NCBI RefSeq assembly: GCF_963506605.1 | Contig: NC_083288.1 | Span: 28,582,001-28,646,000, forward strand | From: Zootoca vivipara | Lineage: Eukaryota | DNA: 64,000 nt | Direction of reading: 5' to 3' | Shown here: positions 58,384 through 64,000 of the stretch, one piece after another | Layout of the letters: each line of letters opens with the position of its first letter | Position numbering within the stretch: the stretch's first letter is position 1 | The notes under the pieces: generated by a model | The model's database searches: none | What the model was told of the DNA's origin: nothing | What the model saw: the letters and a program-made list of their open reading frames with translations, nothing else | Made by a program: the position numbers and the translations under genes

Positions 58384-59148
58384 TAAAAAAATTCCTTCAG
58401 TAGCACCTTAAAGACCAACTAAGTTTTTATTTTGGTATAAGCTTTCGTGTGCAGGCACACTTCTTCAGATATGGTGAAATAGGAGTCCCTAGGCGCTTAT
58501 GTAGAGAAGGGGTGGGGAGGGGAGGGAGTATCACTCAGAGGGGTGGTGGAAGTGGGTGATTTACTGACTGATAGCTGTTGATGACCGAAAACGACTGCAA
58601 ATGGTTTTGCATGAAAAAGCAAGGGTTGAGACAATGAGATGGCTGAAGATCGCTTTATCATGTATAATGAGATAAGAATCCAGTGTGTCTGTTCAAACCA
58701 GGTCCCTCCATGGTTTTGAGCGTGGTGATAAGTTGTAATTCAGCAACTTCTCTTTCCAGTCTATTTCTGAAATTCTTTTGTAGTAAGACAGCTACTTTGA
58801 GATCTTGTATAGAATGTCCTGGGAGATTGAAGTGTTCTCCTACTGGTTTTTCTGTCTTCTGGTTCCTGATGTCAGATTTATGTCCATTTATCCTTTGGCG
58901 TAGGGTTTGGCCTGTTTGTCCAATATAGAGAGCTGAAGGGCACTGTTGGCATTTGATGGCATACACAATGTTAGAAGATGAGCAATTAAATAGTCCTGAG
59001 ATGGTATGTTGGATGTAAGTCTGGTGGTTGTATTATTGTGGGTGAGGAATTGTTTAAGATTGGGTGGCTGTCTGTAGGCAATGAAAGGTCTTCCTCCCAG
59101 AGCTTGAGAAAGGGAGCTGTCATTGTCCAGGAGAGGCTGTAGATTGCT
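58384..59148 (-). mobile_element. Penelope-like element 3' fragment (GIY-YIG plus pLTR with hammerhead motif)
   Basis: ORF 58658-58966 is a GIY-YIG domain; CTGAAGA...GAAAGCTT motif at ~58434-58472; absent from paralogous spacers. Confidence 0.9.
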
Positions 59149-59364
59149 GTTAACTAATCCCTTTAGAGTCCCCGACTCAGTATATTATTTGTTAGTTGTA
59201 GAAGACATGACTTCCTTTCTGAAGCTAATATAAAACCATTTATTTTGCAGTTTTGCACTCATGGTGCCATTATACCTGGGTGATTGAAACTACAGCACCA
59301 GCCACAGGAATTCTGTCTATTTTTCTTGAAACTGTGATACCTTTTTTATTTTTGACAGCAGCAC

Positions 59365-59432
59365 AGACCTGAAAATCCCATCCATGGATGGGAGGCAAAA
59401 GCTACTATCTACCTGCTCATTTCACATCACTT
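59365..59432 (+). pseudogene. OR fragment (intracellular loop 3 / TM6)
   Basis: Translates LKIPSMDGRQKLLSTCSFHIT, similar to B-type LKIPSMTGRQKAFSTCSSHLT. Confidence 0.65.
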
Positions 59433-59587
59433 CAGGTTAGATTTCTAGTTTAAAGAAACTGAGATTATGATTTATTTTTTAAAGGAGGGGATAATAATCA
59501 GCAGCCAAAACATTTAGATTAACATTGGCTCTAAACTGGTATCATGAATCTTCCTCGCATTGCACACACCTCCTTTTTCTTTTGCAC

Positions 59588-59725
59588 CAGGCATAGGCAA
59601 ACTCCGGCCCTCCAGATGCTTTGAGACTACAATTCCCATCATCCCTGACCACTGGTCCTGTTAGTCGGGGATGGTGGGAATTGTAGTTCCAAAACATCTG
59701 GAGGGGCAGAGTTTGCCTATGCCTG
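59588..59725. mobile_element. Short palindromic hAT MITE
   Basis: TIR CAGGCATAGGCAAACTC / GAGTTTGCCTATGCCTG; degenerate 8-bp flanking repeat. Confidence 0.85.
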
Positions 59726-59927
59726 GTTTACACCTTACTCCCATCCAACTTATCTATATTTGCTATGAAATGCACACCTGTTTCTACATGTATTAAGTTG
59801 CTTCTAGATGACTTGGAATCAAGAGTCATCTTGATTGCTTTGCACAAAGTTTGCAGGGATGATAGACAGCATCAGGGGAGTTATAAAATGTTGCAATTGG
59901 TATTTAAGAGCAGTTCCCCTTATTCTA

Positions 59928-60254
59928 GGGACGTGGGTGGTGCTGTGGGTTAAAACACAGAGCCTAGGGCTTGCAGATTGGAAGGTTGGCAGTTCGAATC
60001 CCTACGACGGGGTGATCTCCCATTGCTCGGTTCATGGTCCTGCCAACCTAGCAGTTCGAAAGCACGTCAAAGTGCAAGTAGATAAATAGGTACTGCTACA
60101 GCAGGAAGGTAAACAGTGTTTCTGTGTGCTGCTCTGGTTCTCCAGAAGCGGCTTTGTCATGCTGGCCACATGACCTGGAAGCTGTACGCTAGATCCCTTG
60201 GCCAATAATGTGAGATGAGCGCTACAACCCCAGAGTTGGTCACGACTGGACCTA
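59928..60254 (+). mobile_element. Sauria SINE, 3' end lost at a rearrangement junction
   Basis: Collinear with the 43394 copy until ...ACTGGACCTA, then switches to B-type OR upstream sequence. Confidence 0.9.
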
Positions 60255-60718
60255 CAACACAAGCCAATTATATTTCTTTTTTACTTTTGCACCCTGAATT
60301 CGACAGTCAGTGATTGTATCTCACCCCCAAATACTGGCAGTTTGAAAGTGCCCTTCTTCTGAGTCAATGATTTTCTGCAGATTTTCTGCAGCTCATGAGA
60401 AGTGAACAAACACATTGCATATTAACTTGTCCAGAGATGCAGCAAAACCAATGCAAACGCTGATTTAAAATGGCCCTGCTCAAAAAGATGTGTATATGGC
60501 ACAATGGTGTATGTGTGTTGAGTGATGGTTGCTCAATTCTTGTGTGGGGATGGGGGTGGAAACCTAATTTTTTAATTACTCAGTATGTGACTTCCTATCT
60601 ATAGATGCAGCATTTGAAAAACCCAGAATGGCAAAACGTATCAGTTCTACAAGTGCATCAGTTCTACAAGTGCAAAGCTTTATTAACACTGCCTGCTGTT
60701 ATTTAGATACACCTCAAC

Positions 60719-61651
60719 ATGAAACGAGAAGAAGGAAATCAGACAGCCCCTGTGGGATTTATTCTCCTGGACTTCAATAGTGATGATGTACAGATACTAC
60801 TTTTCATACTGTTTCTACCAATCTACCTTGCAACCATGGCTGGAAACATCCTCATTATTATTCTAGTGATTCTTGATCAGCATCTTCACACACCCATGTA
60901 TTTTTTCCTGGGAAACCTGTCATGCCTGGAGACTTGTTACAGCTCAACCATCATGCCAAGGATGCTGGTCAGTTTTCTGACTGGGGACAGAACCATTTCA
61001 ATTAACGGATGCTTTGCCCAGCTGTATTTCTTTGGTTATCTCGTAACTACAGAATGTTATTTTCTAGCAGTGATGTCTTATGATCGTTACTTAGCCATTT
61101 GCAAACCGTTGCATTATGTAATGCTCATGAATGGAAGAATTTGTATCATGCTTATTGCTGGATCATGGATCAGTGGATCACTGTTTATCAGTCTCATAAT
61201 ATTTTTTGTGTCTCAACTGCAATTCTGTGGACCCAACAAAATAAACCATTTCTTCTGTGATTTCATCCCAATGATAAGACTTTCCTGCAATGACACCAAA
61301 GTGGCTGAAACGACAGCCTTCATTTTATCCTCCATAGACACTCTGTCCCCTCTTTTAATAACCGTGGCATCTTATGTTTGTATTATCAAAAGCATTTTAA
61401 GGATCCCATCCACCACTGGGAAACAAAAAGCATTTTCTACATGTTCCTCTCACTTGACCGTGGTTGCTTGCTTCTATGGCTCCCTGATGATAGTCTATGT
61501 ATTACCAAACATGAGTTATCTGAGTGAGTTGAAGAAAGTATTCTCTCTATTCTATACTCTGCTCACCCCTCTGGTCAACCCCCTTGTCTACAGTCTGAGG
61601 AACAAAGAAGTAAAAGATGCTTTATTTAAGATGATTCATAGAATTCATTAA
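60719..61651 (+). CDS. Olfactory receptor, A-type mosaic, 310 aa
   Basis: Intact ORF with full OR motifs; diverged internal patch 61000-61234. Confidence 0.95.
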   Translation: MKREEGNQTAPVGFILLDFNSDDVQILLFILFLPIYLATMAGNILIIILVILDQHLHTPMYFFLGNLSCLETCYSSTIMPRMLVSFLTGDRTISINGCFAQLYFFGYLVTTECYFLAVMSYDRYLAICKPLHYVMLMNGRICIMLIAGSWISGSLFISLIIFFVSQLQFCGPNKINHFFCDFIPMIRLSCNDTKVAETTAFILSSIDTLSPLLITVASYVCIIKSILRIPSTTGKQKAFSTCSSHLTVVACFYGSLMIVYVLPNMSYLSELKKVFSLFYTLLTPLVNPLVYSLRNKEVKDALFKMIHRIH

Positions 61652-63713
61652 GATTGAGGATAATGTGGGGGGTGGTGAGGATGCTTCACTAACATAGATT
61701 TAATTATTTGAATGTTTTCCATTGCCTTCTATTATATCTGCATGATGTAGTTAGTTGAAATCTTAATCAGGTATCTTTTGCATATGCTTTTTCTCATTGA
61801 AACTGGACTATGCCAGTCTAAACAGCAGGAGCAGTCGCAAACGACACAATGTTCAATAATACAATATAAATTCCCTGCACACAGAAAACTGGGATGTCAA
61901 ACAGAATAGTGAGATGTTAACCTATACTGAGATTAATGTGTGCTAGACTGAATGTTCAACTCATTCTTTTTCTGAGTTGGGATGAATAAAAGGGAGTGAG
62001 AATTGCTGTGAAACTTCAACACAAGCACTTGTTTTGGGTTTTTTTGCCAATGCTTGTTTCATGATACCAGATTCCCTCCCACTAGGAGTCCCCTCAAAGC
62101 AATTTGCATCATTATATAGCATCGTTCTATGGAAAAGCACCAGTCATCAGTTTTGTGAGGAAAGACATCACGAAAAAAAAATTTAAAAAATGAAACGGGT
62201 GTTCCAGTTTTGCCACGTACAAATGTGGAAACTAATTGGGGTGGATATGTTTTGGCTCATATATTATATGTTTCTACTTGACAGGCTAAATTTCTGTGAT
62301 CAGAGAATGTATTTCTATAGATAAACTTATTTATTAATAATGTTTATATCCAACCCTTCATGAATATAGAAAGCTGGTGGGATCTGGAATGCTTTCAAGT
62401 GAGCCCCCACTTGAAGTTTGGGGTGATACAGTCTAAAAAAAGATTTACCATTTCATTTTATATTTCTGTGAGAACTAGGCATAAGTTATATCAGTTCTCC
62501 TGGTTGGAGGACTGCCATTTTAAACATGTGAGAGAAATAATGAGATGATATCTGTTCATTCTTGCATTCTCTATCTATGTTTATGCTCTGCCTCTCTCTC
62601 CCACCTGACCAGTGGTCTCCCTTGGGTAGAAACTTCATTTGCAGTCAACAATCAACAATGGTTCTTGGGGGCTTTTGTGTTCTGCTTGGCTTTTCCCACT
62701 GAGAATAAAAGAATGATGTAATTAACCAGGAATATGAAAGAGAATGTGTCTGTGAGACTGTGCAGATACAAATATAAATACAAATGAATATATTCAGTAT
62801 TCCAGAGCCTTCTTTTCAATAGTATAGACAGATCAGTGATGTCACCTGGCCTTACAAACATCATGAAACAAAGAACTTTCTAGAAATGGATGTGAAAAGG
62901 TGTTGCCCTCAGCAGCAGGTACACTGAGATTTGGGGTAAAATTGCTTTAGGTAGCCCTACGACTACCAATTTACACTCATTCTAGGGATTTTTCACTCAT
63001 TTAGGATCTTATTGATGATTCCTCAATGGGAACAATCCTAAATGAGAAGAGAAGCAAGTTTTCCTGATAGACAGCTCCCCATTATTACAGATTACCTTGC
63101 AATGCACTCAGTTCTCTCCCATTATTCTCAGGGTTTCATTAATTTTTAATTTCATTCAATTAGGTTTTCGACTGCTTATAAGAGGGAGAATTTTGCAAAT
63201 TTTATACCACACAACATTGTTCAAAAGATGGATATCAGACATGAGCATTTATTTTTTGACTAAATTTTTAAGGATCTCTGACTCAGTATGTTATCTTTTA
63301 CTTATAGAAAACATGACTCTCTTTCTACAGTCAATATAAAACAATTTATTTTTATTCCACACTGTTAAGTGTAATTTCTCCTATTATGGATTTGTAGGGA
63401 ACCAGATCTGTCGCACAACAGCACAAGCCAATTTTCTTTTTTCACTTTTGCACCCTGAATATGCCTTTCAGTGATTGAATCTCACTCCCAAATAATGGCA
63501 ATTTGACGGTGCCCTTCTTCCAAGTTGATAATTTTCTGCAGCTCATGAGAAGTGAACAAACACATTACATAGCAACTTGTTAAGAGATGCAACAAAAACA
63601 ATGCAAGTACTGGTGTATGTGTGTTGAGTGATGGTTGCTCAATTCCTGCGTGGAGATGGGGGATGGGGGAACCTAATTTTTTAATTACTCAGTACGTGAC
63701 TTCCTATCTGTAG

Positions 63714-64000
63714 ATGCATCATTTGAAAAACCCAGAATGGCAAAACGTAACAGGTATCACCGAATTCCTTCTCCTTGGATTTAGGAACGTTGAGAACGTG
63801 AATATACTCCTCTTTTGGTTATTCCTAGTCATCTATATTGTGACTCTGTCTGGTAATCTCCTCATTGTTGCACTTGTTATGGCTGAGCAGCACCTGCAAA
63901 CTCCCATGTATTTCTTTCTGTCAAATTTGTCCTTCTTGGAGATATGCTACACCTCAAATATCTTACCCAGAATGCTAAACAGTTTTCTTACAGGGGACAA
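63714..64000 (+). CDS. Olfactory receptor, B-type, 5' part (runs off the window)
   Basis: CTGTAG|ATG MHHLKNPEWQNVTGITEFLLLGF...GNLLI...TPMYFFLSNLS, open to the window end. Confidence 0.85.
   Translation, partial: MHHLKNPEWQNVTGITEFLLLGFRNVENVNILLFWLFLVIYIVTLSGNLLIVALVMAEQHLQTPMYFFLSNLSFLEICYTSNILPRMLNSFLTGD

Larger units (their letters stand above)
42748..64000 (+). repeat. Tandem array of two-gene units (A-type OR MKQEEGNQT + spacer + B-type OR MHHLKNPEW)
   Basis: 42748-47545 is repeated at 47546-~51830; a third copy runs 60640-64000; an older diverged copy lies at ~56090-59230. Confidence 0.9.

Overview
Vertebrate genomic DNA from a squamate reptile, most likely a lacertid-type lizard (inferred from Sauria SINEs, BovB, lizard-type L1, Penelope and hAT MITEs). 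It is a chemoreceptor cluster. It holds eight intact class II olfactory receptor (OR) genes: five on the minus strand (574-38558) and three on the plus strand (44572-61651). There is also one OR interrupted by a 2.1-kb insertion, one OR cut by the window end, and two OR remnants. An intact six-exon vomeronasal type-2 receptor (V2R, about 866 aa, 5902-14232, minus strand) sits among the ORs. The cluster grew by tandem duplication (about 14.6-30.2 kb and 42.7-64 kb), so many insertions can be checked against empty paralogous sites in the window. Most notable: (1) two distinct ~2.0-2.1 kb poly(A)-tailed, TSD-flanked elements without reverse transcriptase that share 5' and 3' termini, a covarying stem-loop and one small acidic ORF, i.e. 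a candidate L1-dependent non-autonomous family; (2) one of them offers in-frame rescue of the OR it broke; (3) Penelope minimal hammerhead ribozymes, including a 100-nt solo insertion; (4) two ORs whose start codon lies in a separate upstream exon; (5) a gene-conversion patch over TM3-TM4 of one OR. All family names come from motif recognition, not database searches.
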